Assembly: GCA_049424145.1 (NCBI GenBank)
Contig: JBMSSC010000019.1
Coordinates: forward strand, 1-28,938
From: Bdellovibrionia bacterium
GTDB taxonomy: Bacteria > Bdellovibrionota > UBA1018
Direction: 5' to 3'
DNA length: 28,938 nt
Shown: positions 8,793 to 18,457 of the stretch, in pieces
Numbering within the stretch: position 1 is the stretch's first letter
Layout of the letters: the number at the start of each line of letters is the position of its first letter
Notes under the pieces: generated by a model
Told to the model about the DNA's origin: nothing
The model's database searches: none
Seen by the model: the letters and a program-made list of their open reading frames with translations, nothing else
Position numbers and translations under genes: made by a program

Positions 8793-10241
8793 TTAAGCGG
8801 GGATTAATCCCTCAGCTTGAAGCAGGGTAACGGCAGCTTCATTTGCATACACATTGGGCACGAAGTTAATGAACCCCGAGAGGTGCTTCATCAGGGTGTT
8901 CTCACGCTCCACGAGTAGGGAGGGCGTACCGTCCTTCGAAACCACCTTAATCGGATCGCGCTCGCGATAGAGGTTGTCGCTAGTTCGTTTTTTCATAATT
9001 TTTTGCATTCCCGTGGTGAAAATCACGTCTTTTTCGGGAATATCAGCCAGAATCCATTCTTTTCCTGTCCCTTTTCTCTCTAAAGTGCTGTGAATTTCTT
9101 CTAAAAAGGATTCGATCTTGGTGACGAGGCGATCCTTCTCGGAATCGTGTCGGTGGACGGCAAGAATTTTGTGGGAAAACAGCGGATGGTGGACGGTCTT
9201 AGGCGGGTGACGATACAAGAGCATTTCCGTGAGTTCATGGATTCTTGGGTCTTGGATTTTTTTCTGAATCAGCAGCTCTTGGCAGCGATTCATGAAGTAC
9301 AGATCATTCCACCAAAAAAAGCGTTCATCTCGTTCTTCAATCATGGTGAGTAGGTCATGGAATTGATGAATCAGGTCTTCTTTGAGAAGCCCTTGGGCCA
9401 CGTAAGAGGACATGATGTCAAACTTGGCTGAGCCTGGGTTTTTAATCACTTGGCTGTACCAACTGAAGCGAGCAATCAAGAAGTGCTCCACGGCTTGCAC
9501 GGCATTTTCTCGGATCCCAAAAGCCAGGTTTTTTGGGTCCGCTTGATAAGTCATCAAATTGGCCAAAATGTACTCGCGGTCAAATTGACCATACTTAATG
9601 CCCGTGTAGTGAGAGTCTCTCATTAAGTAGTCCATGCGATCCGCGTCCAAATCGGAGTGCATCAGTTGATTGGCAATCAACTGGTCGGAGTCTCCTTTGA
9701 TGATTCGGGAAATGAGGTGAGGCTCAAAGTTGTACTGTTTGAGAATGCGAGTGAGGCCCCCAGGGTAATCTGTATTTTTAATGATAAACGAGCCCAAATG
9801 TTCATGGGAGTTAGGGAGGTTCTTGGATTCTCCTGATCCTCGCCTTGAGTCATTTCCGTGCCTCAGGTAGGCGTTTTCAATGGCATGGCTAAAGGGAAAG
9901 GTGCCAATGTCATGAAGGAGTGCAGCAATTCTCATGCTTTTGTGGAACAACGCAGCGCTGCTTTGAGCCTGAGGATCAAAGAGCTCAGCATCCGATACGG
10001 CCAGTCCTAAGGATCGAATCATTTGATCCATGGAGTGCATGACTCCAATGACGTGGGCAAATCGATTGTGCTCGGCGCCTGGAAAAATGTAATTGGAGAA
10101 TCCGAGCTGTTTAATCCATCGGAGGCGCTGGAAAAAAGGAGAGTTAATGATTTTCTCCTCCCATTCGGTGATGGGGATGAAGCCATACAGGACATCGTAG
10201 ATCGATCTGAGATTTTTACTTGAGCGCTGTTTTTCAGTCAC
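8793..10241 (-). CDS. HD-domain phosphohydrolase, SAMHD1/YwfO-like
   Basis: FQRLRWIKQLG, FPGAEHNRFAH, LLHDIG, SHEH, DADRMDYLMRDS; GTG start preceded by GGAG. Confidence 0.88.
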   Translation of the reverse strand: MTEKQRSSKNLRSIYDVLYGFIPITEWEEKIINSPFFQRLRWIKQLGFSNYIFPGAEHNRFAHVIGVMHSMDQMIRSLGLAVSDAELFDPQAQSSAALFHKSMRIAALLHDIGTFPFSHAIENAYLRHGNDSRRGSGESKNLPNSHEHLGSFIIKNTDYPGGLTRILKQYNFEPHLISRIIKGDSDQLIANQLMHSDLDADRMDYLMRDSHYTGIKYGQFDREYILANLMTYQADPKNLAFGIRENAVQAVEHFLIARFSWYSQVIKNPGSAKFDIMSSYVAQGLLKEDLIHQFHDLLTMIEERDERFFWWNDLYFMNRCQELLIQKKIQDPRIHELTEMLLYRHPPKTVHHPLFSHKILAVHRHDSEKDRLVTKIESFLEEIHSTLERKGTGKEWILADIPEKDVIFTTGMQKIMKKRTSDNLYRERDPIKVVSKDGTPSLLVERENTLMKHLSGFINFVPNVYANEAAVTLLQAEGLIPA

Positions 10242-10634
10242 GATTTCTCCAATCTGGAAGCCTCAGCCTTCAAGCAGGGCACTGAAGGCTTCAATGGTTT
10301 GCGAACCGCCCGGGAGAATAAAAAAAGATCCGGAACTTTCGAGCAGCTCTTTGAAGTCTCCCGATGGGTCTTCTATTTACTGACAGAAAAACAAAAAAAT
10401 CAACCGTTCCATCCAGCAGGGGAAGGTTCTCGGGGCCCCTGGGACCAAGTCACAAGAAAAGGCAGTCTGTTGAGAAACGAAGGGGGAGAGGAGGTGGATC
10501 AAGGCGGTCGATGTTTAAGTCTCCAGGTGGCAGAAATGCACCGTCTGGGGCGTCCCTGAGCAGTGGGCTTGGGGTTTAAGCACAAGAACGATGATTTTTT
10601 TCTTGGCCTAGATTTTGCCTAAGCACTCCCGCTG

Positions 10635-11249
10635 ATGAAAAAAAAATGGTTAGGGTGCTGCACTGGGCTTCTGCTCGTTTTGGGCTGTGGTCCTGCTCAG
10701 CCCTTTGTTCAGAACTTAAAAAAACAGCCTGATCCGGTGAAACCCTCCGAAAGGCGTCTTGAGGGAGACTCTCTGCTTGAGGCACACTCTTTGGGTCTAA
10801 GAATTGCCCATGAATCATCCCTCGGAGTCACGGTCATCGAACCCACCGTTTTGAGTCCTGAGGAGATTGTGTTTTCTCAGCCTCTCCCTCAAGGCGCGGA
10901 AGGGCTTTGTTTCGTTTGGCCCCAGTCTCAAGGACCCCATTCGATCGTCCGGGGGGCTCTGTTGCATCAGGGCCACCGCAGTTTTCAAAGGGAACCGATT
11001 CAGCTTGCCTCGACTCATTCCACGCACTGGGTCTCAATTCATTTTGATCCCCTTCATCAGCTCTGGTTTGTTCCTCTTTCGTCTCTTTTGGATCAAGAAA
11101 AAGCGAGTCAGCCAGCTCGCAGAATGGCTCGAACTCAAGTTTTTGTTCTTGAGCTGATTCGAGCCAATCAACACATCTCCCACTTTGGAATTTCGTTGAG
11201 AGTTCAGGATCAGTCCGCTTCGGGACGGCTCGGTTCAGGGGGTTTTTAA
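10635..11249 (+). CDS. Hypothetical lipoprotein
   Basis: MKKK n-region, hydrophobic h-region, lipobox VLGC; first gene of the + strand run. Confidence 0.7.
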   Translation: MKKKWLGCCTGLLLVLGCGPAQPFVQNLKKQPDPVKPSERRLEGDSLLEAHSLGLRIAHESSLGVTVIEPTVLSPEEIVFSQPLPQGAEGLCFVWPQSQGPHSIVRGALLHQGHRSFQREPIQLASTHSTHWVSIHFDPLHQLWFVPLSSLLDQEKASQPARRMARTQVFVLELIRANQHISHFGISLRVQDQSASGRLGSGGF

Positions 11250-11258
11250 AAAAGGAAA

Positions 11259-12872
11259 ATGAGAGTGAAAAAAAATCAAAGCCAGTTGCAGAAAAAACGT
11301 CAAAATGCTCAAGCGGCATTCATTGGGCTTCTGATTGCCTATTGCTGCAGTTGTGGTCGAGGTTTTCCGGATCAAAAAAAAGGGCAAGTTCAGAACCCCC
11401 CTGCGCCTCAAAGCCTTTTGAGTCCCGAGAACCTCAGAGCGTCGCAGGTCTCCCCGGGGGGGCCTCATTTAAACCAAACACAGGCTCAGCCGGTGCGTCC
11501 TTCTTTTATTCCCCAGGTTCACGTGTACTCCGTGTTTTCCTCCGATTCCTCGGCTGGACTTTCCTCTGGCCAACGATCCGATCCGGTTTCTCTGTTGAAC
11601 TCCCCAGAGCGGGGAGCAGGGGGGGATCAAGAGCGTTCTTTTGTGACGCGATCACATGAAAAAGTCGTCTTTCATCACAAGTTCTTTCTCCAGCAGGAGG
11701 ATCAAGTTCAGCGATCTGCCGGAAGTCAGAGTCCCACTCCTCACTGGAGCTTCTTCTTTGCCTGGGATGCACGGTGGGATCAGTCGCAAGTGAATTCTGG
11801 ATTCTATACGCATTTTGTTTATCGAAATTCTCAATGGTTGGGCAATGGGAGGCCCAAACCGGTCTGGTTTGATGGAGGACGAAACCTCTGGTTTATTCCC
11901 TTTTTTGATTTATTTAGAAATTCTGAGTTTTACTCCGAGGGGGACTTAGACCTCGAGGACCTTCAAGTCATTCGCTTGGATCTGATTTTGGCTTCAGGAC
12001 AACGCGTCCAGTATGAGATTCAATTTCAAGTAGAGGCCCCTCTGCCGTCACTTCGGTACCGTTCTCTCACCGATGCACTCCAGTTGAATGAAAAAAGTGT
12101 GGGGAACCAAGTGGTTGAAGAGGGTCAAGTCATTGAGGAAGAAGAATGGGTGAATCCCAAAAATCGGCCCTTTGAGCTGTGGATTAAACCGGGCCAAAGA
12201 GACGATCGACCGCTGGTCTTAAAAACAGTGCTAGAGTCTAGTTTGTATCAACCCAGGGAGAGAAAGCCTCCTCGGGGACCCGAGGTAACTTTTTGGGAAT
12301 CCAAAGCTGAGCTCCACTTCAGTCACCTTAAGCGGATTCATCAGAGAGAAGGGCAAGAAGTCGGTGTTGAGACTCTGAAGCTGGAGTCCGATCGCTGGGT
12401 TCATTTTACGATCGGGCCCAAAGAAACGGTGAGACTGCAATGGATCGTGAAAGCTCCTGTTACCGTGAGAAACTGCACGTTGCCTGAAAGTCGACAGGAG
12501 AACTTCTCCTGGCTGGAAGAGGGTGTGTCTTGTCCTGACGAAGTGGTTGGGGATCTGAGGGGGTTGTTTAGTCCGGGGTTTAATGTCCTAAAACTGATTT
12601 GTAGCCGCAAGGAGGTTCGGCGTTTCCAAAGCGTCCAGCAAACCTGGAAACTGCGGAGTGCTCGGATTGAGGGAAAATGGAGAAAAGAGGTTCGGATTGC
12701 GTATCCTTATGTTTCTGAGGAGGATTTAATGGCTTTTCCTGTTGTTTCGGACTCTGAGTTTCAACCCGAGCTTTGGAAGGTGCAAAGTGAATCCGTGGTC
12801 AAAACTGAGCAAGTCGGGAGGAATTGGGTTAAGCCCTCTGCACAGTACAGTTGCCAGGGCGTGTTTCGGTAG
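11259..12872 (+). CDS. Hypothetical exported beta-rich protein, probable lipoprotein
   Basis: AAGGA RBS; basic N-terminus, hydrophobic stretch, then CCSC; 537-aa ORF 9 nt after the previous gene; contains a domain similar to the 10635 protein. Confidence 0.72.
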   Translation: MRVKKNQSQLQKKRQNAQAAFIGLLIAYCCSCGRGFPDQKKGQVQNPPAPQSLLSPENLRASQVSPGGPHLNQTQAQPVRPSFIPQVHVYSVFSSDSSAGLSSGQRSDPVSLLNSPERGAGGDQERSFVTRSHEKVVFHHKFFLQQEDQVQRSAGSQSPTPHWSFFFAWDARWDQSQVNSGFYTHFVYRNSQWLGNGRPKPVWFDGGRNLWFIPFFDLFRNSEFYSEGDLDLEDLQVIRLDLILASGQRVQYEIQFQVEAPLPSLRYRSLTDALQLNEKSVGNQVVEEGQVIEEEEWVNPKNRPFELWIKPGQRDDRPLVLKTVLESSLYQPRERKPPRGPEVTFWESKAELHFSHLKRIHQREGQEVGVETLKLESDRWVHFTIGPKETVRLQWIVKAPVTVRNCTLPESRQENFSWLEEGVSCPDEVVGDLRGLFSPGFNVLKLICSRKEVRRFQSVQQTWKLRSARIEGKWRKEVRIAYPYVSEEDLMAFPVVSDSEFQPELWKVQSESVVKTEQVGRNWVKPSAQYSCQGVFR

Positions 12873-12885
12873 GTATCACTAGGGA

Positions 12886-13362
12886 ATGCAAGTAAACGAC
12901 TGGAGCCTAAGGCCCGCAACCACAGAAGACCTCTCGAAAATTCTTCAAATTGAAAATCAAGTCCATGTATCGCCTTGGACTGAAGAGCATTTTCGGGCGG
13001 AGTTTACCAAACCCTATAGTCAATTCTATGTGCTGACCGATGATGAGAGTGATTCTCAAATGGCAGGCTATATTGTCTGTTGGATGCTGTTTGATGAGTG
13101 TCAGATCCTCAATGTGGCTGTTGACCTCCCTTTTCGTGGCCTGGGGCTTGCCAAGCTGATGGTGAGAAAGATGATGATGTTCGCTCAGAACAAGGGGGTT
13201 AATAAAATGATTCTCGAGGTGAGGAAGTCGAATATGCCAGCCATTCAGTTGTATCAAAGCCTAGGATTTACGATTCAGCATATTTTTAAGGGGTTTTACT
13301 CAAGTGGCGAGGATGCGTATCAAATGACTGCCTCATTTTTGGAGTCTCATCCGCACTTTTGA
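12886..13362 (+). CDS. rimI: Ribosomal-protein-alanine N-acetyltransferase (GNAT)
   Basis: PWT, ILNVAVD..FRGLGLA, LEVRKSN.PAIQLYQSLGF, FYSSGEDA. Confidence 0.9.
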   Translation: MQVNDWSLRPATTEDLSKILQIENQVHVSPWTEEHFRAEFTKPYSQFYVLTDDESDSQMAGYIVCWMLFDECQILNVAVDLPFRGLGLAKLMVRKMMMFAQNKGVNKMILEVRKSNMPAIQLYQSLGFTIQHIFKGFYSSGEDAYQMTASFLESHPHF

Positions 13363-13410
13363 AAGCACTTTACAAAAGCGGCTTGATCAGGTACTCAGTC
13401 GTTCGTTGGT

Positions 13411-14214
13411 ATGTTGAAGTACTTAAAACGCTCCTCCTTTTGGTCATGGGTTATTTTAGGGCAGCTTTTTTGGTCTCAAGTCGACCTCATTGAAGCCGAT
13501 CCAACCGATGACTTTAGTTTCTCTCTCCCACCAACGCTTGGGACTCAGCACTATCGCTTCTTATCCGAACGCCGAGTGACTGAGATTCTCAGGGATCACT
13601 TAGATCTTTTTCCGGATTCCCAAGTCCCTCGGTTAGCCAAACACCTCATTGGTCTTTGTCAAAAACACCGATTTGATCCCGCCTTTGTATTGTCCTTAAT
13701 TCAGGTTGAAAGCCGGTTTCGAGTCAAGGCCGTCTCGCCCGTGGGAGCCTATGGGCTGATGCAAGTGATGCCTTCTACCGCTCAGTTTGTGATCCGTCAG
13801 GTGGGAGTGGTCTCCTCCGGGTTTGAAACCTTCAAGCACGTTGATCTTAAAAAAATGAAATTGACGGCTCAGGTTTTAATGGATCCTTACTTAAATACGG
13901 CCATCGGCATGGCTTACCTGGCTTGGCTGAGAGACCATTATCATGGTCATTTGCCTTATCACATGGTGGGAGCCTACAATATGGGGCCTGCCAAACTCGA
14001 TGGGCTGATTCATCGAAAGGACTTTCAGCCCGTTAAAACGAAGAAGTACTTCTTGGACATTCGACGGGCCACCGCTCAAATTCACTTTAAAAAATCCTTA
14101 CGCCCGACCCGATCTTTCAGGACAGATTCGGGTTGGAGAGTAGCTCGATCGAAACTCAAAAGAAAACGTAAACCCGTTTCCCGCCCTTGCGCTCTCAGAT
14201 CTCCCATGGTGTAG
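13411..14214 (+). CDS. Lytic transglycosylase (SLT domain) with N-terminal hydrophobic segment and basic C-terminal tail
   Basis: IQVESRF (catalytic Glu), AVSPVGAYGLMQVMP, AYNMGP. Confidence 0.9.
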   Translation: MLKYLKRSSFWSWVILGQLFWSQVDLIEADPTDDFSFSLPPTLGTQHYRFLSERRVTEILRDHLDLFPDSQVPRLAKHLIGLCQKHRFDPAFVLSLIQVESRFRVKAVSPVGAYGLMQVMPSTAQFVIRQVGVVSSGFETFKHVDLKKMKLTAQVLMDPYLNTAIGMAYLAWLRDHYHGHLPYHMVGAYNMGPAKLDGLIHRKDFQPVKTKKYFLDIRRATAQIHFKKSLRPTRSFRTDSGWRVARSKLKRKRKPVSRPCALRSPMV

Positions 14215-14276
14215 TATCCGCTATTGATTCAATGATCCAGAGCACCTCTGATGAGATGAGAAATGGGGTAGGAGAG

Positions 14277-15458
14277 ATGGTCCATGTTCCTCAGCACATA
14301 CGAGCCTTAGTTCCTTATGTTCCCGGTAAGCCTATTGAGGAGACACAAAGGGAGTACCAGCTCAAACAGGTGATTAAACTAGCCTCCAATGAAAACCCAC
14401 TTGGAGCCAGCCCCAAAGCAAGGCAGGCATCAAAAAAAGCTTTATCTGAGCTTCACCGCTATCCCGATGGCTCCGGTTATCATCTCAAATCCGCTTTGAT
14501 GAAAAAGCTCACCGCGTCTGGAGTGTTTGCCGGGCGCGCTGAGGAGTTTTACTCGCGGTTTTCTATTATCCTGGGCAATGGCTCCAATGACGTGATTGAA
14601 CAGGTGATTCGTACCTTTTGTGTGCCGGGAGATGCCATTGTGACCAGCCAAAAGGCGTTCATTGCTTATTCCATCAGCGCCCAAATTCATGGGGTGAAAA
14701 CCCTTGAGGTCCCCTTGGATGAGCATCTTCGATTTGATCCAAGTGAGATGGTGGATTGGGTCCGGAGAAATGAAAAAGTCCGAGTCGTCTTCTTAGCTAA
14801 TCCCAATAATCCTACAGGCACGTACTTGAATCATTCAGAGCTTCAGCAGCTCGTTCGGGGGCTCTCCCAGGTTCGCGATGGATCCGTGATTTTAGTCCTA
14901 GACTATGCCTATTGGGAGTACATGAGTGCCCCTGATCTTGCCGATCCACTGGAGTTTTTAGGGCAGTACCCCAATACTTTGATCTTAAGAACGTTTTCAA
15001 AAATCTACGGCTTAGCCGGGTTTCGTGTGGGCTATGGTTTGGGGCCTAAGGAGCTGATGGCTCATCTGGAGAAAGTCAGGCAGCCTTTTAATATGAACTC
15101 CCCTGCACTTGCAGGAGCTCAAGCGGCCTTAGAGGACGATGAGTTTGTCAGAAAATCAATCGAGATGAACCAAAAAGGAATGCAGTTTTGGGAAAAACAG
15201 CTTAAGAAAATGAGTATTCCTTTTTGGAAAAGCCAAGGCAACTTCTTATTACTCGATGTGCAGTCTGGTTTTGGTCTCAGCGGGATTGAACTCAACCAAC
15301 GTTGCTTGCCTTGTGGATTGATTTTAAGGCCGCTGGCCAACTATGGGATGCCAGGACAGATTCGACTTACGGTTGGAAGTTCTTTTGAAAACCAGAAGGC
15401 AGCTCAAATTTTAAGAGACATTCAAGCCTCAGCTTCTCAGCGCTTGAGGCAGTCATGA
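14277..15458 (+). CDS. hisC: Histidinol-phosphate aminotransferase (PLP-dependent)
   Basis: YVPGKP, IKLASNENPLG, RYPD, GNGSND, NPNNPTG, LRTFSKIYGLAGFRVGY. The ATG at 14277 is preferred over the TTG at 14187, which overlaps the upstream gene. Confidence 0.9.
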   Translation: MVHVPQHIRALVPYVPGKPIEETQREYQLKQVIKLASNENPLGASPKARQASKKALSELHRYPDGSGYHLKSALMKKLTASGVFAGRAEEFYSRFSIILGNGSNDVIEQVIRTFCVPGDAIVTSQKAFIAYSISAQIHGVKTLEVPLDEHLRFDPSEMVDWVRRNEKVRVVFLANPNNPTGTYLNHSELQQLVRGLSQVRDGSVILVLDYAYWEYMSAPDLADPLEFLGQYPNTLILRTFSKIYGLAGFRVGYGLGPKELMAHLEKVRQPFNMNSPALAGAQAALEDDEFVRKSIEMNQKGMQFWEKQLKKMSIPFWKSQGNFLLLDVQSGFGLSGIELNQRCLPCGLILRPLANYGMPGQIRLTVGSSFENQKAAQILRDIQASASQRLRQS

Positions 15459-16183
15459 TAAAGGAGGAACAGGTTTTGGCATTACCCAAGAAGGGCCCTG
15501 TGGTTGCAATCGATGGTCCAGCAGGCACGGGCAAAAGCTCCGTGACTCGCCGTCTTGCAGAGCAGTTGCATTTTGTTCACATTGATACGGGAGCTCTTTA
15601 TCGGGCCATTGCCTTTTTAACTCTTGAGCGGAAATCTCGTTTTCCTCATGAGGAGGAGGGTGAGATTGCGGTCCATCTGGCGCGCTCAGCCCATTTGGAG
15701 TTTAAGCGGATGCCGGGATTAAATCCTGTGAATCGAATTTTTGCCAATAGTCGAGATTTAACGGATTTGATTCGCTCACCCGGGGTGAGCATGGCCTCTT
15801 CTCGGATCTCAGCCATTGCAGGCGTCCGAGCAGCGTTACTGGGGATTCAAAGACGTTTGGGGGCCGAAGGCAGAGCGATCTTAGAGGGCAGAGACATTGG
15901 CTCGGTGGTTTTTCCTGATGCGGAAGTGAAGTTCTACCTCACTGCCAGTGTCGAGGAGCGGGCGAAGAGGCGACTCATCGAAATGGAGGCCTCAGGCGTC
16001 GATGTACCGACGTTTGAAGAGGTGAAAGCCGATATTCAACAACGGGACTTAAACGACATGAATCGCTCGGTTGCCCCTTTAAAAAAAGCGGAAGGAGCCG
16101 TTGAAATGGACACCAGCGATTTAACGTTGGATCAAGTGGTGGCAGCAATGGAAAAAATCGTTCGTCATCGGATCTTTGGATGA
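15455..16183 (+). CDS. cmk: Cytidylate kinase
   Basis: AIDGPAGTGKS, DTGALYRA, EGRDIGSVVFPDA, RDLNDMNRSVAPL; ATGA overlap with hisC. Confidence 0.95.
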   Translation: MIKEEQVLALPKKGPVVAIDGPAGTGKSSVTRRLAEQLHFVHIDTGALYRAIAFLTLERKSRFPHEEEGEIAVHLARSAHLEFKRMPGLNPVNRIFANSRDLTDLIRSPGVSMASSRISAIAGVRAALLGIQRRLGAEGRAILEGRDIGSVVFPDAEVKFYLTASVEERAKRRLIEMEASGVDVPTFEEVKADIQQRDLNDMNRSVAPLKKAEGAVEMDTSDLTLDQVVAAMEKIVRHRIFG

Positions 16184-17394
16184 AGGCACGAGAGTACTTT
16201 CGGATTGAGTCTTGGAGGCTCTTAGGTCAAAGATTCCGAGAGCGAAGACTCAGGGGAAAGGGGCCTCTTCGGATTTTGGTGGTCAGACCGGATCGATTAG
16301 GTGATGTGATTTTATCCACGCCCACTTTTGAGGGGATTAAAAAACAATACCCCAAGGCACACCTCACGGCCTTGGTTCAGCGCAATGTCCTTCCGATCTT
16401 AAGAGGGCATCCGTCTGTGGATCATTTCTTAGTTTTTGATCCCCAAGGGGTTCATGCTGGGGTGAGGGGATTCTTCCGACTGGTCGAGGAGATCAGGCGA
16501 AGGCACTATCGAATCGCCGTGATTTTGCAGTCCCATTGGAAAGTGAGCCTAGCCGTTTTTGTTGCACGTGTGAACTACCGCATTGGACCTCTGAGTAAGG
16601 TTCATAGTTACTTTCTTTTTAACTTGGGCTTGAGGCAAAGGCGCTCTCATGTGGAGATGCATGAGGCCGATTATAATTTACAGTTGCTTCGGAGGCTTGG
16701 CGCCCGCGTGGCAACGCGAAAAATTCCCACTCAGATTGCTCTGAGTTCTTTGACTCGTCAGAAGGCTCGACAGTGGTTAGTGAAGCAAGGGTGGAGGCCT
16801 CAGATGCCCTTGGTGCTGGTGCATCCGGGGATGGGGGGTTCCGCCTTAAACTGGCCCGAGGATCACTACGTTGGGTTGATTCAGGCGCTGCTCCGCGAGG
16901 GAAAACAAGTTCTGCTCACCGGAGGCTTAATGGAGGATCCCCTGTTAAACCGAGTGGAGCTTCAGTTAGGCCCACTCAAGGATCAGCTCATCACCTACCG
17001 GGGAAGTCAAGCGGCCTTGGAGCTGGGAGCGGAGGTGGATTTTTTAGCAGCGCTCTGCGAGCTTGCTCAAGTGGTGGTCGCTCCCAGCACCGGGCCTCTT
17101 CACTTGGCTGTCGCTCTGAAAAAACCCGTGGTGACGTTTTATCCTCCCATTCGCGTTCAAAGTGCTGTGAGGTGGGGGCCTTATACGGAGGACGACTCCC
17201 AGGCCTCCGTTTTAGTCCCTGAGGTGTACTGTGGGCAAGAGAACCGCTGCTTAGGAAGTCTTTGCAATTATTTTCCGTGTATGAAAAGCTTGAGCGTAAA
17301 AATGGCGCTTCAGCAAGTGAATCTTCATCTGGAGCGATGGGGGACTCATAGATCCCCTGAGCCCGTGAGTCGAGCGCCGGCATCCGTAGAGTAG
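16180..17394 (+). CDS. Glycosyltransferase family 9 (LPS heptosyltransferase-like)
   Basis: RPDRLGDVILSTP, VHPG, STGPLHLAVAL..PVV.FY, RWGP, C-terminal Cys cluster; ATGA overlap with cmk. Confidence 0.88.
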   Translation: MKAREYFRIESWRLLGQRFRERRLRGKGPLRILVVRPDRLGDVILSTPTFEGIKKQYPKAHLTALVQRNVLPILRGHPSVDHFLVFDPQGVHAGVRGFFRLVEEIRRRHYRIAVILQSHWKVSLAVFVARVNYRIGPLSKVHSYFLFNLGLRQRRSHVEMHEADYNLQLLRRLGARVATRKIPTQIALSSLTRQKARQWLVKQGWRPQMPLVLVHPGMGGSALNWPEDHYVGLIQALLREGKQVLLTGGLMEDPLLNRVELQLGPLKDQLITYRGSQAALELGAEVDFLAALCELAQVVVAPSTGPLHLAVALKKPVVTFYPPIRVQSAVRWGPYTEDDSQASVLVPEVYCGQENRCLGSLCNYFPCMKSLSVKMALQQVNLHLERWGTHRSPEPVSRAPASVE

Positions 17395-17425
17395 TCGTTT
17401 CCATTTGAAAAAGAGGTTTATGTTT

Positions 17426-18457
17426 ATGGTGAAAACCCCAATGAAAACTCTTCATTCCTCCTCTTGGGATCGCACCCGACTGCTCGCCTTGGTGTCGAAA
17501 ATGAAGAAGAAGAAAATCCTGGTCCTGGGTGATGTTGGTATTGATCGCTACACGGTGGGCAGTGTGGAGAGGATTTCCCCTGAGGCCCCCGTTCCTGTCG
17601 TCTTAGTGAATCAGGAGATCTTAAAGCTCGGGCTTGCTGCCAATGTGGCAGATAATATTCGAGCCCTAGGGGGAACTCCCTACTTACTCGGAGTTTTGGG
17701 AAAAGATCGGAGAGCCGCTGACTTTTGTGAGCTTCTGCTCAGTCAGGGGATCTCCGATGAGTGGATGCTTAGGGATTCCACTCGATGCACGGCCTTAAAA
17801 GAGCGAGTGGTGAGTGAGAGTCAGCAGCTTTTAAGAATTGACTATGAGAGCCTTCATGGGATCTCAAAAGAGATTGAGAGAAAACTTCTTGAGAAGGTCT
17901 CTCTTCTTTTGAAACAAGTGGATGGTGTGATTGTCGAGGATTACGCCAAGGGTCTACTTACGCCTGGGTTGGCTCAAGGGGTCTTTGAAAAGGCTCGAGC
18001 CCAGGGCAAGTGGGTGGCGTTAGATCCCAACGTCAAAACTCCTGTGGCCCTTTATCGTGGTGCAGATGTTTTAACCCCGAATCAAAAAGAGGCCGAGCAT
18101 TTGGCGGGCATGAAGATTACGGATCCTGCCTCCTTGCTTCGAGCAGGACAGGAGATTTTAAATCAAACTCAGGCTCGCGCCGTGGTGATCACGCGCGGAA
18201 AAGATGGGATGGCGATTTTTGATTCAACGAGCTCCCAGGTTCAACTCATTCCCACCTTTGCCAAAGAAGTGTACGATGTGTCAGGTGCGGGAGATACGGT
18301 GATCTCGGTCCTCATGCTGGCGCTGGTTTCTGGGGCAAGTCTTGGGGAAGCGTGCATCTTGGGGAATTTGGCTGCAGGAGTAGAAGTGGGGAAACGGGGC
18401 ACGGCCACAGTTTCCCCAGGAGAAATCCGAGAGGCCCTCAAAGTGGGGCATGCCTAG
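17426..18457 (+). CDS. rfaE1: D-glycero-beta-D-manno-heptose-7-phosphate kinase (stand-alone RfaE domain I / HldA, PfkB family)
   Basis: VLGDVGIDRY..G.VERISPEAPVPV, DYAKG, TPNQKEA, VYDVSGAGDTV. Start placed at ATG 17426, 9 nt after AGAGG; 17405, 17420 and 17441 are also possible. Confidence 0.9.
   Translation: MVKTPMKTLHSSSWDRTRLLALVSKMKKKKILVLGDVGIDRYTVGSVERISPEAPVPVVLVNQEILKLGLAANVADNIRALGGTPYLLGVLGKDRRAADFCELLLSQGISDEWMLRDSTRCTALKERVVSESQQLLRIDYESLHGISKEIERKLLEKVSLLLKQVDGVIVEDYAKGLLTPGLAQGVFEKARAQGKWVALDPNVKTPVALYRGADVLTPNQKEAEHLAGMKITDPASLLRAGQEILNQTQARAVVITRGKDGMAIFDSTSSQVQLIPTFAKEVYDVSGAGDTVISVLMLALVSGASLGEACILGNLAAGVEVGKRGTATVSPGEIREALKVGHA

Noticed and set aside
10299..10579. Short ORFs (86 aa and 71 aa) in the divergent intergenic region
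   Set aside because: No RBS at the called starts, low-complexity translations and no recognisable motif; more likely promoter DNA.
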